The translations under genes and the position numbers were made by a program. Positions 18,622 through 28,572 of a stretch of DNA of 64,000 bases are shown here, piece after piece; positions within the stretch are counted from its first letter, which is position 1, and every line of letters begins with the position of its first letter. The stretch covers positions 2,359 to 66,358 of the forward strand of contig JBKBWK010000013.1 in assembly GCA_046313895.1 (NCBI GenBank), given 5' to 3'. Under the pieces are notes generated by a model. That model made no database searches. It saw only the letters and a list, made by a program, of their open reading frames with translations, and was not told the origin of the DNA. This DNA comes from Paracoccaceae bacterium. GTDB lineage: Bacteria; Pseudomonadota; Alphaproteobacteria; Rhodobacterales; Rhodobacteraceae.

Positions 18622-19269
18622 CTAGCTTCTCGCCGACGGTGCGTGGCCGCGCAGTTCAGTGATCACATCTGCCCATACCTGTGGCGGTTGCGCGCCAGAG
18701 ACAACGTATTGATTGCTGATGATAAAGCACGGCACCCCGGTCAAACCCCGCTGACGGGCGTGAATGTCACGGGCCTTGAGCGCCTCGGCATCCTCATCGG
18801 TGGCCAGAAGGCGCGCGGCAAGTGCGCCGTCCATTCCGGCGGCGTCGGCAATCCCGACCAGGGTGGCAGCGTCGCCGATATCGCGCCCTTCGCGCCAATA
18901 GGCGCGGAACAGGGCCGAGACGATGGCGGTCTGCCGCCCTTCCAGCCCCGCCCAATGGATCAGGCGATGCCCGTTCAGGGTGTTGGGCATGCGGGCAATC
19001 CGGGAAAAGTCGATCTCTAATCCTGCATCCCGCGCGGCCTGTTCGACACGCGCGTAAATCTCGACCGCCTTGGCCTTGCCGCCAAATTTCGCCTCAAGAT
19101 ATTCGGCGCGGTCAACGCCCGCTTCTGGCATGCCGGGGTTAAGCTGGAACGGATGCCATTCGATGTCGAACGGATGGTCCGGAGCGGATTCAAGCGCGCG
19201 GTCAAGATTGGCCTTGCCGATATAGCACCACGGGCAGACCGGATCGGAAAAGATATCAAGCTTGATCAT
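18622..19269 (-). CDS. DsbA-family (FrnE-like) oxidoreductase
   Basis: SDPVCPWCYIG, PFQLNP, GVPCF, SGAQ. Confidence 0.9.
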   Translation of the reverse strand: MIKLDIFSDPVCPWCYIGKANLDRALESAPDHPFDIEWHPFQLNPGMPEAGVDRAEYLEAKFGGKAKAVEIYARVEQAARDAGLEIDFSRIARMPNTLNGHRLIHWAGLEGRQTAIVSALFRAYWREGRDIGDAATLVGIADAAGMDGALAARLLATDEDAEALKARDIHARQRGLTGVPCFIISNQYVVSGAQPPQVWADVITELRGHAPSARS

Positions 19270-20783
19270 GATGTCCCCAAGCCGCGCAGCGCGCGGCGGT
19301 TGAGTTTGGCATTGGCCCCACGGGGCAGAGCGGTCAGATGGCGAAACAGTCGCGGCTGTTTGTAGCGCGCCAGATGGGCTTCGGCATGGGCGGCGAGATC
19401 GGCATCGGCCAGCGGCGTGGCCGCGGTGTAGAAACAGGCGATGACAGTGACGCCGGGCTTGACCTCGACCTCGGTCACCGCGGCCTCCAGCAGACCGGGA
19501 CAGCGCGCCATGGCGGCTTCGACCTCGACCGGGCTGACCCGGTAGCCGCCAGCGTTCATCTGGTCATCGTCGCGGCCCAGATAGGTGACAGCCCCGGCAG
19601 CGTCGATGACAACCGAATCACCGGTCAAAAACCAGTCGCCGGCCGTGCGGGCCGATGTGGCGTCCGGCGCATCCAGATAGCCCAGCATCAGGCCCGGATC
19701 GTGGCGGTCAATGGCAAGTTGCCCCGGCTCGCCACGCGGCACAGGGGCAAGATCGGGGCCAAGCGCTGCGATCCGGCGCCCGGTCTGGGCAAAGCCGGTG
19801 GCCCCGTCGGGGGCCTGCCGGTCGGGCGACTCCGAGACAAAGGTCGAGATTTCCGACATCCCCAAAGCTTCGCAGATCGGGGTGCCCGTTGCGGCTACCC
19901 AGGCCGCCCGCGTGTCTTGTGACAGCTTTTCACCTGCCGACAGCCCATGGCGCAGGCGGGGCAAGGCGGGCAGCGGCGCGCGCAGCATCTGGCGATAAAC
20001 ACCGGGGGCCGCCGCGAAAATGGTGGCATCAAAGCGTTTCATCAACAGCGGAAGGTGCGCGGCTTCCACTCCGGCGCCGGGGATCAGCGCGGTTGCCCCC
20101 ACCGTCCACGGGTCCATCAGGCCGGTGCCAAGGGTATAGGTCCAGTTGAAGGCCCCGGCATGGAGCAGCCTGTCCGACTCGGTCAGACCTTCCCAGTCGT
20201 GGTGCATCATCTGCCGCGCAAGGATCGCCCGATGCGCATGCACCACCGCCATCGGACTGCCCGAGGTGCCAGAGGTAAAGATGATGTATCCAACCCGATC
20301 CGGGTCGCCGGTGTGAAAGGGCGCGGGTGGCAGTCGTTCCATGTCGCGAATATCGGCATCCCTCAGCACCGGGCAGTCAGGCGCGTCGGGCAGGGCGACG
20401 CCGGGGCTGGCCACGATCAGGCGCGGGGCGATGCGGGCCGCCATCGGCGTGATCTCGGGCGTGGTCAGTTGGGACGATGTGGCGACAGGCACCATACCTG
20501 CGGCCAGGGCGCCCAGAAACAGGATCGGGAATTCCACCTGATTGGCAAGGCGCATCAGCACGCGGTCGCCGGGTTGCAGGCCACGCGCCACCAACCCGGT
20601 CGCACACCCCTGCACCGCTGCCAGCAAGCGCGCATAGCTCCAGCGTTCAGCACCCGAGGGTGTGATGATCTGCAAGGCCATCTTGTCGGGCAGCCGTGCC
20701 GCCGAGGCCGCAAGAACATGCGCCGCCATGTTGAAAGGCGCGTAAACGGCGGGGGCAGGGCCAGTGTCAATGATCGAAAGCAT
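19266..20783 (-). CDS. AMP-binding acyl-CoA ligase family enzyme
   Basis: FTSGTSGSP, GMSE, TGD, GRDDD, C-terminal K in NAKLNR. Start set at MLSIIDTGP. Confidence 0.85.
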   Translation of the reverse strand: MLSIIDTGPAPAVYAPFNMAAHVLAASAARLPDKMALQIITPSGAERWSYARLLAAVQGCATGLVARGLQPGDRVLMRLANQVEFPILFLGALAAGMVPVATSSQLTTPEITPMAARIAPRLIVASPGVALPDAPDCPVLRDADIRDMERLPPAPFHTGDPDRVGYIIFTSGTSGSPMAVVHAHRAILARQMMHHDWEGLTESDRLLHAGAFNWTYTLGTGLMDPWTVGATALIPGAGVEAAHLPLLMKRFDATIFAAAPGVYRQMLRAPLPALPRLRHGLSAGEKLSQDTRAAWVAATGTPICEALGMSEISTFVSESPDRQAPDGATGFAQTGRRIAALGPDLAPVPRGEPGQLAIDRHDPGLMLGYLDAPDATSARTAGDWFLTGDSVVIDAAGAVTYLGRDDDQMNAGGYRVSPVEVEAAMARCPGLLEAAVTEVEVKPGVTVIACFYTAATPLADADLAAHAEAHLARYKQPRLFRHLTALPRGANAKLNRRALRGLGTS

Positions 20784-20854
20784 GACACCTTGCCTATCGT
20801 CCTGCGCCGAATGGTGCAATCGCAAACCCGGTCGCAAGCCTTGTGCGGTCGGCG

Positions 20855-20980
20855 TCAGCCGATCCAGCCCGACACGCGGTTTGCGCCACCCGAAATATCG
20901 CGGCCGATACCTTCGACCGTGGCACAACCCGACAGGGCCATCAAACCGGCGAGCATCGCCATCAGGGTAATCTTACGCAT
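20855..20980 (-). CDS. Entericidin EcnA/B-like small lipoprotein (41 aa, absent from ORF track)
   Basis: Hand translation MRKITLMAMLAGLMALSGCATVEGIGRDISGGANRVSGWIG*. Lipobox LSGC, family-type C-x-T-x-x-G-x-G-x-D pattern, RBS AGGCAAGGAA. Confidence 0.85.
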   Translation of the reverse strand: MRKITLMAMLAGLMALSGCATVEGIGRDISGGANRVSGWIG

Positions 20981-21000
20981 TTCCTTGCCTGTCTTGTCTC

Positions 21001-22827
21001 TTACTGCTCATACCACCACACGTCGGGCTGGAACCCTGTCCAGTCGCCGTAAAGGGGCAGGCGTTGTGGGAACTTGAGTTCCTTTTCATGCGCCAATCGT
21101 GAAACCGCAGAATACCACATCGGGATCACATATCTACCCGTGGTCAGCACACGGTCAAGCGCCTGTGTCGCGGCTGCAAAGGTTTCCTGATCCGGCGCGT
21201 TCAGCATGGTGTCGATCAGCGCTTCGGCTGCAGGCGAGGCCATGCCCATCCAGTTGCGCGTGCCGGGTTCGGTCACGCCGGCCGATCCCCAATACAGCGT
21301 CTGTTCATTGCCAGGCGACAGTGACAGGCCGCGGATGTAATGCGTCATGTCAAAGGCATAGCTGTTGGTGCGTTCTTTGTATTGCGCATCATCGACCGTG
21401 GTGACACGCGCATTGATGCCAAGGCGTTTCAGGCTTTCAACATAGATATCGGCGGCCGAGATCATGTCTTTGGCACCATTCACCAAAAGGATTTCAAAGC
21501 TGACCGCCTGTCTGGACGGGTCTTTCAGCACGCCTGCGTCAATGGTGTAGCCTGCCTCCTCCAGCAGTTTGGTAGCCGCGCGGATGTTCTTGCGGTTGGC
21601 TTCGGTGCCGTCACCCACCGGCACGCTGTAGCCGTCCAGCGCACCCGGCAAGAGGTCCGCCGCGAAGGGTTCAAGCAACGCCAGCACCGGGCCGGTTGCC
21701 GGGGTGCCGGGGGTAAAGCCAAGCGGCGAATTGCCAAAATAGGACTGGATCCGCGGATTTGCCCCGCCGTTCAGGGTCTGGTTCACCAATTCGAAATTGA
21801 ACGCCAGAATCAACGCCTCGCGCACGCGCCAATCTGCGAAAAGGGGGCGGCGTGTGTTCATCACAAAGCCCTCGATGCCGGATGGGCGCTGATGCGGGAT
21901 TTCCGATTTCACGATCTTGCCAGAACGGACCTCGGGCCAGTCATAGCTGCTGGCCCACTTGGCCGGGTTGGTTTCGCGCCAGGACGTGATCAGACCGCCC
22001 TTGAACGCCTCGAACACCACACCACCGTCGCCGAAGTAGTCATAGCGCACCTCGTCGAAATTGTGCTGCCCCCGGTTGAAGGCCAGATCCTTGCCCCACC
22101 AATCCGGGTTCTTGCGGTAGGTGACATACTTTCCTGTCTCGAACGCGCCCACCACATAAGGGCCCGAGCCGACCGGCACCTCTAGCGTGCTTTCGTCAAA
22201 GGCCTTTCCCTCCCACTGCGCCTTTTTCAGGATCGGGCGCAGGCCAAGGATCAGCGGCAGTTCGCGGTCAAGAACGTTGAAGGTGAACTTCACACTGCGC
22301 GGCCCGGTGATTTCGGTCTTTGCGATCTTCTTCCATGCCGTGTGGTAACGCGGGTTCCCAAGGGTGCCCAAAGTCTCGAACGACCAGATGACATCGTCCA
22401 CCGTCACGGGCGAGCCATCCGAGAATCGGGCCTCGTCTCGCAGGGTGAATTCCGCATAGGTCCGGGCAGGATCGGTGGTGATCGATTCGGCCAACAGGCC
22501 GTAAAGCGTGAAGGGTTCGTCGTAGGATCGCCCCATCAGCGTCTCGACCGTCAGGGGGGACAGACCCGCTGGCGCGCGGCCTTTCAGGATGAACGGGTTC
22601 ATCGAGTCAAAGCTGCCGGACTCTCCGAACACGATCCGACCCCCCTTGGGTGCGTCCGGGTTCACCTGCGGCAGGGACACAAAATCCGGGGGGAGGGCGG
22701 GCTGTCCATACATAGCTATGCCATGCGTAGGAGAATCACCCACCTGTGAAACAGCGGGAGCCGCCGTGAACGCCAGTGAAAGCGTCACCGCAAAACCCTG
22801 TGCAATGTGGAAAAAATCCCGTCCCAT
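21001..22827 (-). CDS. YejA-like peptide ABC substrate-binding protein (family 5), orphan
   Basis: HGIAMYG, NPDAPKGG, FDSMNPFILKG, YGLLAES, GSGPY. No permease genes adjacent. Confidence 0.88.
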   Translation of the reverse strand: MGRDFFHIAQGFAVTLSLAFTAAPAVSQVGDSPTHGIAMYGQPALPPDFVSLPQVNPDAPKGGRIVFGESGSFDSMNPFILKGRAPAGLSPLTVETLMGRSYDEPFTLYGLLAESITTDPARTYAEFTLRDEARFSDGSPVTVDDVIWSFETLGTLGNPRYHTAWKKIAKTEITGPRSVKFTFNVLDRELPLILGLRPILKKAQWEGKAFDESTLEVPVGSGPYVVGAFETGKYVTYRKNPDWWGKDLAFNRGQHNFDEVRYDYFGDGGVVFEAFKGGLITSWRETNPAKWASSYDWPEVRSGKIVKSEIPHQRPSGIEGFVMNTRRPLFADWRVREALILAFNFELVNQTLNGGANPRIQSYFGNSPLGFTPGTPATGPVLALLEPFAADLLPGALDGYSVPVGDGTEANRKNIRAATKLLEEAGYTIDAGVLKDPSRQAVSFEILLVNGAKDMISAADIYVESLKRLGINARVTTVDDAQYKERTNSYAFDMTHYIRGLSLSPGNEQTLYWGSAGVTEPGTRNWMGMASPAAEALIDTMLNAPDQETFAAATQALDRVLTTGRYVIPMWYSAVSRLAHEKELKFPQRLPLYGDWTGFQPDVWWYEQ

Positions 22828-22905
22828 TATGGCAACAATCCCCTGCGACCTTGTATTCCTGCGCTCTACGCTACGGGGGCTTTTGAGCCTTTTCAAACTT
22901 TTAAC

Positions 22906-22934
22906 TTGGCCATCGGCGGAAGGGAGCGTATATA
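22906..22934 (+). promoter_or_regulatory. Putative promoter for the candidate sRNA
   Basis: TTGGCC-N17-TATATA (sigma70- or RpoH-like). Confidence 0.5.
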
Positions 22935-22940
22935 AGCCTT

Positions 22941-23016
22941 ACTGCTCGATAGGTTTCTTGCCTGTATGAAACCTGCCTCAATAACTTAACGCCGGCTTCG
23001 TGCCGGCGTTTTTTTT
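22941..23016 (+). ncRNA. Candidate sRNA of about 75 nt
   Basis: Own promoter; hairpin AGGTTTC/GAAACCT with 10-nt loop; A/U-rich linker; terminator AACGCCGGC-TTCGT-GCCGGCGTT plus T-run. No + strand gene upstream that the terminator could serve. Confidence 0.65.
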
Positions 23017-23094
23017 GGCATTTTGGGAACTCTGGCCCCTGTCATTCGCGTTTGCAGCATGTAACCTGTCGCAAATGCAGAAAAGGGGAAGAAC

Positions 23095-23868
23095 ATGATC
23101 CTGAAGGGCAAGACCGCTGTCGTCACCGGATCCAATTCCGGCATCGGGTTGGGTGTGGCCGAGGAACTGGCGCGTGCCGGTGCCGATGTGGTGATCAACA
23201 GCTTCACTGACCGCGCGGAAGACCACGCCCTGGCCTCGGCCATGTCGTCGCGGCATGGTGTCAAGGTGCGCTACATCGCGGCCGACATGTCAAAGGCCGA
23301 CGATTGCCGTCGCCTGATCGCCGATGCGGGGGCCTGCGATATTCTGGTCAACAACGCCGGTATCCAGCATGTGGCGTCGATCGAGGAATTCCCGGTCGAC
23401 AAGTGGAACGCGATCCTGGCCATCAACCTGAGTTCAGCCTTTCACACCACCGCCATCGCCTTGCCGATGATGCGCGCAGCGGGTTGGGGCCGCGTGGTCA
23501 ACATCGCATCAGCGCATGGGCTGACCGCCAGTCCGTATAAATCGGCCTATGTGGCGGCCAAGCATGGCGTGGTTGGCTTTACCAAGGTGACGGCCCTGGA
23601 ATGTGCAGGGCAGGGGATTACCGCCAATGCGATCTGCCCCGGCTATGTGCTGACCCCCTTGGTCGAGGCGCAGATCCCTGACCAGATGAAAAAGCACAAC
23701 ATGGACCGCGACACCGTGATCAAGCAGGTCATGCTGGACCGCCAGCCCAGCCGTCAGTTTGCCACGGTCGAACAGATCGGCGGCACGGCGGTCTATCTGT
23801 GCTCGGACGCTGCAGCACAGGTGACGGGCACCACGATTTCGGTCGATGGGGGCTGGACGGCGCTTTAA
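23095..23868 (+). CDS. bdhA: D-3-hydroxybutyrate dehydrogenase
   Basis: TGSNSGIG, NNAGIQHV, IASAHGL, SAYVAAKHG, ICPGYVLTPLVEAQI. Confidence 0.92.
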   Translation: MILKGKTAVVTGSNSGIGLGVAEELARAGADVVINSFTDRAEDHALASAMSSRHGVKVRYIAADMSKADDCRRLIADAGACDILVNNAGIQHVASIEEFPVDKWNAILAINLSSAFHTTAIALPMMRAAGWGRVVNIASAHGLTASPYKSAYVAAKHGVVGFTKVTALECAGQGITANAICPGYVLTPLVEAQIPDQMKKHNMDRDTVIKQVMLDRQPSRQFATVEQIGGTAVYLCSDAAAQVTGTTISVDGGWTAL

Positions 23869-23889
23869 CGCCGCGCCACAACCGGGGCC

Positions 23890-24777
23890 ATGAGCGACAT
23901 TCTGTGCATAGGCTCCGTTTTGTGGGACATCATTGGTCGCGCGCCGTCGTCGTTGCGGCTGGGATCGGATGTGCCTGGGCGGATCACGCGGCTGCCGGGG
24001 GGCGTTGCGATGAACATCGCCATGACCCTGACGCGCTTTGGTTTGCGCCCCGCGCTGCTGACCGCCATCGGCCGCGATGCCGAAGGTGATGAATTGATTG
24101 CGGCCTGCCTTCGACTGGGGTTGGAGTGCGGCCATGTCTATCGGTCGGACGATTTGCCGACCGACCGCTATATGGCCATCGAGGGGGCAAATGGCCTTGT
24201 GGCCGCAGTTGCCGATGTCCATTCTCTGGAAATGGCCGGTGACAAGATCCTGCGCGCCCTTGGCGACGGGACGCTGGGGTCGGCGCAGACGCCCTATGCC
24301 GGGTTGATCGCGCTGGACGGCAATCTGACCGAGGCGCTGATGTCCGACATTGCCCGATCGCCGCTGTTTGCCTGCGCCGATCTGCGGGTGGCGCCGGCCA
24401 GTCCCGGCAAAGCCGAACGGTTGATGCCGCTGCTTGGGCACCCCAAGGCCACGCTCTATGTCAATCTGGAAGAGGCGGGTCTGATCGCCAAGGACCGGTT
24501 CGACAGCGCGGCACAAGCGGCCGAGGCGCTGCTGGCACGCGGTGCGGCGCGGGTGCTGGTCACGAATGGTGGACAGGATGCTGCAATGGGCGAGGTACGA
24601 CATGGCGTGATCACCGGCTCGCCGACTCCGGCGCTGGTGACGCGGGTGACCGGCGCGGGCGATACCTTCATGGCCGCACATATCGTGGCCGAGGTGCGCG
24701 GGGCCCAGCGTATGCAGGCACTGGAGGCCGCCTTGCGCGCGGCTGCTGATTACGTTTCAGGAGATATCAGATCATGA
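23890..24777 (+). CDS. PfkB-family kinase, probable pseudouridine kinase
   Basis: PGGVAMNIA, NLEEA, VTGAGDTF; overlaps psuG start (ATGA). Confidence 0.75.
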   Translation: MSDILCIGSVLWDIIGRAPSSLRLGSDVPGRITRLPGGVAMNIAMTLTRFGLRPALLTAIGRDAEGDELIAACLRLGLECGHVYRSDDLPTDRYMAIEGANGLVAAVADVHSLEMAGDKILRALGDGTLGSAQTPYAGLIALDGNLTEALMSDIARSPLFACADLRVAPASPGKAERLMPLLGHPKATLYVNLEEAGLIAKDRFDSAAQAAEALLARGAARVLVTNGGQDAAMGEVRHGVITGSPTPALVTRVTGAGDTFMAAHIVAEVRGAQRMQALEAALRAAADYVSGDIRS

Positions 24778-25685
24778 CCCTACCCTTGACCTTTTCGCCC
24801 GAAGTTGCGGCGGCACGCGCCCGTGGTGCGGCCATTGTGGCGCTGGAATCCACCATCATCACCCATGGCATGCCGTTCCCGCAAAACGTGGAAACCGCCC
24901 GCGCCGTGGAGGATGAAGTGCGTCGCGCCGGTGCAACTCCGGCCACCATCGCCATCATGGCGGGGCGCATCCACATTGGCTTGACGGCGGAAGAATTGGA
25001 CCGGCTGGGGCAGGCGGCAGATGTGGCCAAGCTGAGCCGCGCCGATCTGGCGGCCTGTCTTGCGACGGGGGGAATCGGCGCAACCACGGTGGCAGCAACC
25101 ATGATCTGCGCGCATCTGGCGGGGATCCATGTCTTTGCCACCGGCGGTATCGGCGGCGTGCATCGCGGGGCGGAAACCACCTTTGACATCTCGGCCGATC
25201 TGATGGAGCTGGCCGCGACACCGGTGACGGTTGTGGCGGCCGGGGCTAAGGCCATTCTGGACCTGCCCAAGACGCTTGAAGTGCTGGAAACCCACGGCGT
25301 CCCGGTGATTGCCTATGGGCAAGACGATTTTCCGGCGTTCTGGTCACGGTCGTCGGGCCTGCGTGCGCCGCTGCGGATGGACAGCGCCGCCGACATTGCC
25401 GCCGCCCAACGGTTGCGCACGGCCCTTGGCCTGCCGGGTGGCCAACTGGTGGCCAATCCGATCCCGGTCGAGGCCGAGATCGCCAGCCATGAAATCACAC
25501 CGGTGATCGAGCGCGCCTTGCATCAGGCTGCGGCCGAAGGGATCAGCGCCAAGGCGGTGACGCCTTTCCTGCTGGACCGGATGTATGCGATGACCGAGGG
25601 GCGGTCGCTCACGGCCAATATCGCACTGGTCCTGAACAACGCGCGGTTGGCTGCGGAAATTGCGCGCGAGATGGCGCGCGGCTGA
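24774..25685 (+). CDS. psuG: Pseudouridine-5'-phosphate glycosidase
   Basis: [40 protein letters not shown]. Confidence 0.93.
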   Translation: MTLPLTFSPEVAAARARGAAIVALESTIITHGMPFPQNVETARAVEDEVRRAGATPATIAIMAGRIHIGLTAEELDRLGQAADVAKLSRADLAACLATGGIGATTVAATMICAHLAGIHVFATGGIGGVHRGAETTFDISADLMELAATPVTVVAAGAKAILDLPKTLEVLETHGVPVIAYGQDDFPAFWSRSSGLRAPLRMDSAADIAAAQRLRTALGLPGGQLVANPIPVEAEIASHEITPVIERALHQAAAEGISAKAVTPFLLDRMYAMTEGRSLTANIALVLNNARLAAEIAREMARG

Positions 25686-25810
25686 CCTGCAATTCACGTG
25701 TGTTTTGTAAGCGCCGTGTAAAATTTGCATGCTTGAGGCGTCTGGTCACGCTGTGGGCCATTGTGTCCTGCAATGGGGACTCTTAACTATGGCGCGACCA
25801 GCGAGGGAAC

Positions 25811-26530
25811 ATGTCTGACCCACATCCGCCGACAAAACGCCGAAGCCTGTTTGCGGGATTGCGGGCCTCATTCCTGACCGGGTTGGTGGTGGTTCTGCCG
25901 ATCGGCCTGACCATCTATCTGATCTGGACGGTGGTCGGCTGGATCGACGGCTGGATCCTGCCGCTTATCCCCGGCCCGTGGAAGCCCGACGTTCTGGTGC
26001 GCCAGTGGTTCGGGCCCGACGCGACCATTCCCGTGCGCGGTGTGGGCGTGGTGGTGTTCTTGGTGTTCACCATCCTGATCGGCTGGATCGGCAAAGGTTT
26101 TATCGGGCGCAAGACCCTGTTCTGGGCCGAAGGTCTGGTGGACCGCATGCCGGTGGTGCGGTCCATCTACAATGGCCTGAAGCAGATTGCCGAGACGGTG
26201 TTTGCCCAGAATGACACCAATTTCGAGCGTGCCTGTCTGGTGCAATATCCAAAGGAGCATATCTGGGCCATCGGGTTTGTTTCGACCCGCGCCAAGGGCG
26301 AGGTGCAGGCCAAGCTGAACCACGAAGGCTATATGGACGTCATTTCGGTCTTTTTGCCAACCACTCCGAACCCGACATCCGGCTTTCTGCTCTACGTCCC
26401 GGAAGCTGACGTGCTCTATCTGGATATGAAAATTGAAGATGCTGCCAAGCTGATCATTTCGGCGGGGTTGGTCTATCCCAATGGCAAAGACAGCCCCGCC
26501 GTCACAGTGCAAAACCCATCAGCCAAATAG
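25811..26530 (+). CDS. DUF502 membrane protein
   Basis: FLTGLVVVLP, P-VRSIY-KQI, FLPTTPNPTSG. Confidence 0.85.
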   Translation: MSDPHPPTKRRSLFAGLRASFLTGLVVVLPIGLTIYLIWTVVGWIDGWILPLIPGPWKPDVLVRQWFGPDATIPVRGVGVVVFLVFTILIGWIGKGFIGRKTLFWAEGLVDRMPVVRSIYNGLKQIAETVFAQNDTNFERACLVQYPKEHIWAIGFVSTRAKGEVQAKLNHEGYMDVISVFLPTTPNPTSGFLLYVPEADVLYLDMKIEDAAKLIISAGLVYPNGKDSPAVTVQNPSAK

Positions 26531-27535
26531 GCTGTGCAGGTCAAGGCTGGCCTCTTTCCCCAGCTTCGTTCCGTGTTCGTTCAAGAACTTATCCGCCGCA
26601 TTATGACCCGCAAGACGCAACCGTTCGAAAAGCGCGGGCGAGGGCGACAGTTTGGTGGCGGCCGAAAGGTCGGTCATCAGGGCATCATCGCTGATCAGGT
26701 GGATCTGCGCTTCTTTCATTTGCCCACGCTCCATCCGACCGTCGCGGATCAGACGCCGAACGAATTGAACGGCGCGCAATTCCCCCAGCAAGGCCGAATT
26801 GAAGCTGATTTCATTGACCCGGTTCTGGATCTCGATGGGTGTTTTCGGAAGACCGGGCCGCACCAGCGGGTTGATCGACACGATCAGGATATCGTCGGGC
26901 AGATGCCGTTCATACAGCGGAAACAGCGCCGGGTTGCCGGAATAGCCGCCATCCCAATAGTGCATGCCGTCAATCTCGACCGCTTGAAACACCGATGGCA
27001 GACAGGCCGACGCCATCAGCGCCTCGGGTGTCAACTCATCCCCCGTGAAGATGCGGATGCGGCCGGTTTCGACACAGGTCGCGCCGACAAAAAGCTGCGG
27101 GCCGTCGCGGCGACAGACCTCGGTGAAATCCAGCCTGCGCACGATGCGTTCCAGCGGGTTGCGCCAGGCCGGACCCCAGGCATAGGGCGTGTAGATCTGT
27201 GCGGCGATGCCCTGCGGCGAAAATGGCGACATTGCCATGGCGATCTGACCCAACGCCTCGAAACCCGGCACCATGGGTTGCATCCATTCGGGGATACGCA
27301 GATCCGACACCCGCGCCACGTCGCGCCACAACCGTGCAAGGCTGGCCTTTGCGCCGCGCCTGCCACCCGAGATCATTCCTGCCTTGAGGGCCGCTCCGTT
27401 CAACGCCCCGGCCGAGGTGCCAGAGATGGCGGCAATTTCCAGATCTTCTGCCTCCAGCAAACGGTCGAGCACGCCCCAGGTAAAGGCACCATGTGCGCCG
27501 CCCCCTTGCAGGGCCAGATTGATGCGTGTTGTCAT
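26519..27535 (-). CDS. Patatin-like phospholipase/esterase
   Basis: LQGGGAHG, GTSAG (GxSxG), ASACLP, WDGG. Confidence 0.88.
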   Translation of the reverse strand: MTTRINLALQGGGAHGAFTWGVLDRLLEAEDLEIAAISGTSAGALNGAALKAGMISGGRRGAKASLARLWRDVARVSDLRIPEWMQPMVPGFEALGQIAMAMSPFSPQGIAAQIYTPYAWGPAWRNPLERIVRRLDFTEVCRRDGPQLFVGATCVETGRIRIFTGDELTPEALMASACLPSVFQAVEIDGMHYWDGGYSGNPALFPLYERHLPDDILIVSINPLVRPGLPKTPIEIQNRVNEISFNSALLGELRAVQFVRRLIRDGRMERGQMKEAQIHLISDDALMTDLSAATKLSPSPALFERLRLAGHNAADKFLNEHGTKLGKEASLDLHSLFG

Positions 27536-27736
27536 AAGGCGTCTCCTTTGGCGGTTAAACTAGTCTTTCTGCGCCGCAGCACAAGGTTCACCCTTGCCAT
27601 CCCGGCAAGACCGGGGTAACGACGCGCCACTTCACAGGCAGGTGGGGGCCACACGGGGAGACATCCCGTCTGGTCCACCGGTTGGGGGAAACCCTGAAAA
27701 CATCTGCCGAGGCACAAACCGGAAAGGACCATTGAG

Positions 27737-28495
27737 ATGGCGCTCCCTGATTTTTCTATGCGTCAGCTGCTTGAAGCTGGCGTTCACTATGGCCACCAAA
27801 CTCAACGCTGGAACCCGAAGATGGGTGAATTCATCTACGGCGACCGCAACGGGATTCACATCCTTGACCTGACGCAAACCGTTCCGATGCTGGATCAGGC
27901 GCTGAAAGTCGTGCGCGATACCGTGGCAAAAGGTGGCCGCATCCTGTTCGTCGGCACCAAGCGTCAGGCCCAGAAGCCGATTGCCGAAGCGGCAGAGCGT
28001 TGCGCGCAGTTCTATATGAACCACCGCTGGCTGGGTGGCACGCTGACCAACTGGAAAACCATTTCGGCCTCGATCCAGCGTCTGAAGCAGATCGACGAAG
28101 TGCTGGCATCCGGCGCCGAGGGCATGACCAAGAAAGAGCGCCTTGGCATGGAACGCGACCAGTCCAAGCTGCAAGCCAGCCTTGGCGGGATCCGCGAAAT
28201 GGGCGGCACCCCGGACCTGATTTTCATCATCGACGTGGGCAAGGAAGACCTTGCCATTCTGGAAGCCAAAAAGCTTGGCATTCCGGTTGTGGCTGTGGTC
28301 GATACCAACTGCTCGCCCAAGGGCGTGGACTACATCATTCCCGGCAACGATGACGCGGCTCGCGCCATCGCGCTGTATTGCGATCTGATTTCGCGTGCGG
28401 CGCTGGACGGCATGTCGGCCCAGATGGGTGCGGCCGGCGTTGACATCGGTGCGCTGGAAGATGCACCGGTCGAAGAAGCCGTCGCCGAAGCCTGA
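27737..28495 (+). CDS. rpsB: 30S ribosomal protein S2
   Basis: [31 protein letters not shown]. Confidence 0.98.
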   Translation: MALPDFSMRQLLEAGVHYGHQTQRWNPKMGEFIYGDRNGIHILDLTQTVPMLDQALKVVRDTVAKGGRILFVGTKRQAQKPIAEAAERCAQFYMNHRWLGGTLTNWKTISASIQRLKQIDEVLASGAEGMTKKERLGMERDQSKLQASLGGIREMGGTPDLIFIIDVGKEDLAILEAKKLGIPVVAVVDTNCSPKGVDYIIPGNDDAARAIALYCDLISRAALDGMSAQMGAAGVDIGALEDAPVEEAVAEA

Positions 28496-28572
28496 TTGGC
28501 TGTCGTCGTTTTGTGACATGGCGGGGGGATAACCCCCGCCAACCCCATTTTACGGATATCAGGAGACGGACC

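Noticed and set aside
20784-20927. Upstream extension of the acyl-CoA ligase ORF
   Set aside because: It overlaps the entericidin-like gene in another frame; ATG 20783 has its own RBS-like sequence.
25690-25730. GTAA-N7-GTAA upstream of the DUF502 gene
   Set aside because: Too degenerate to call a CtrA site.
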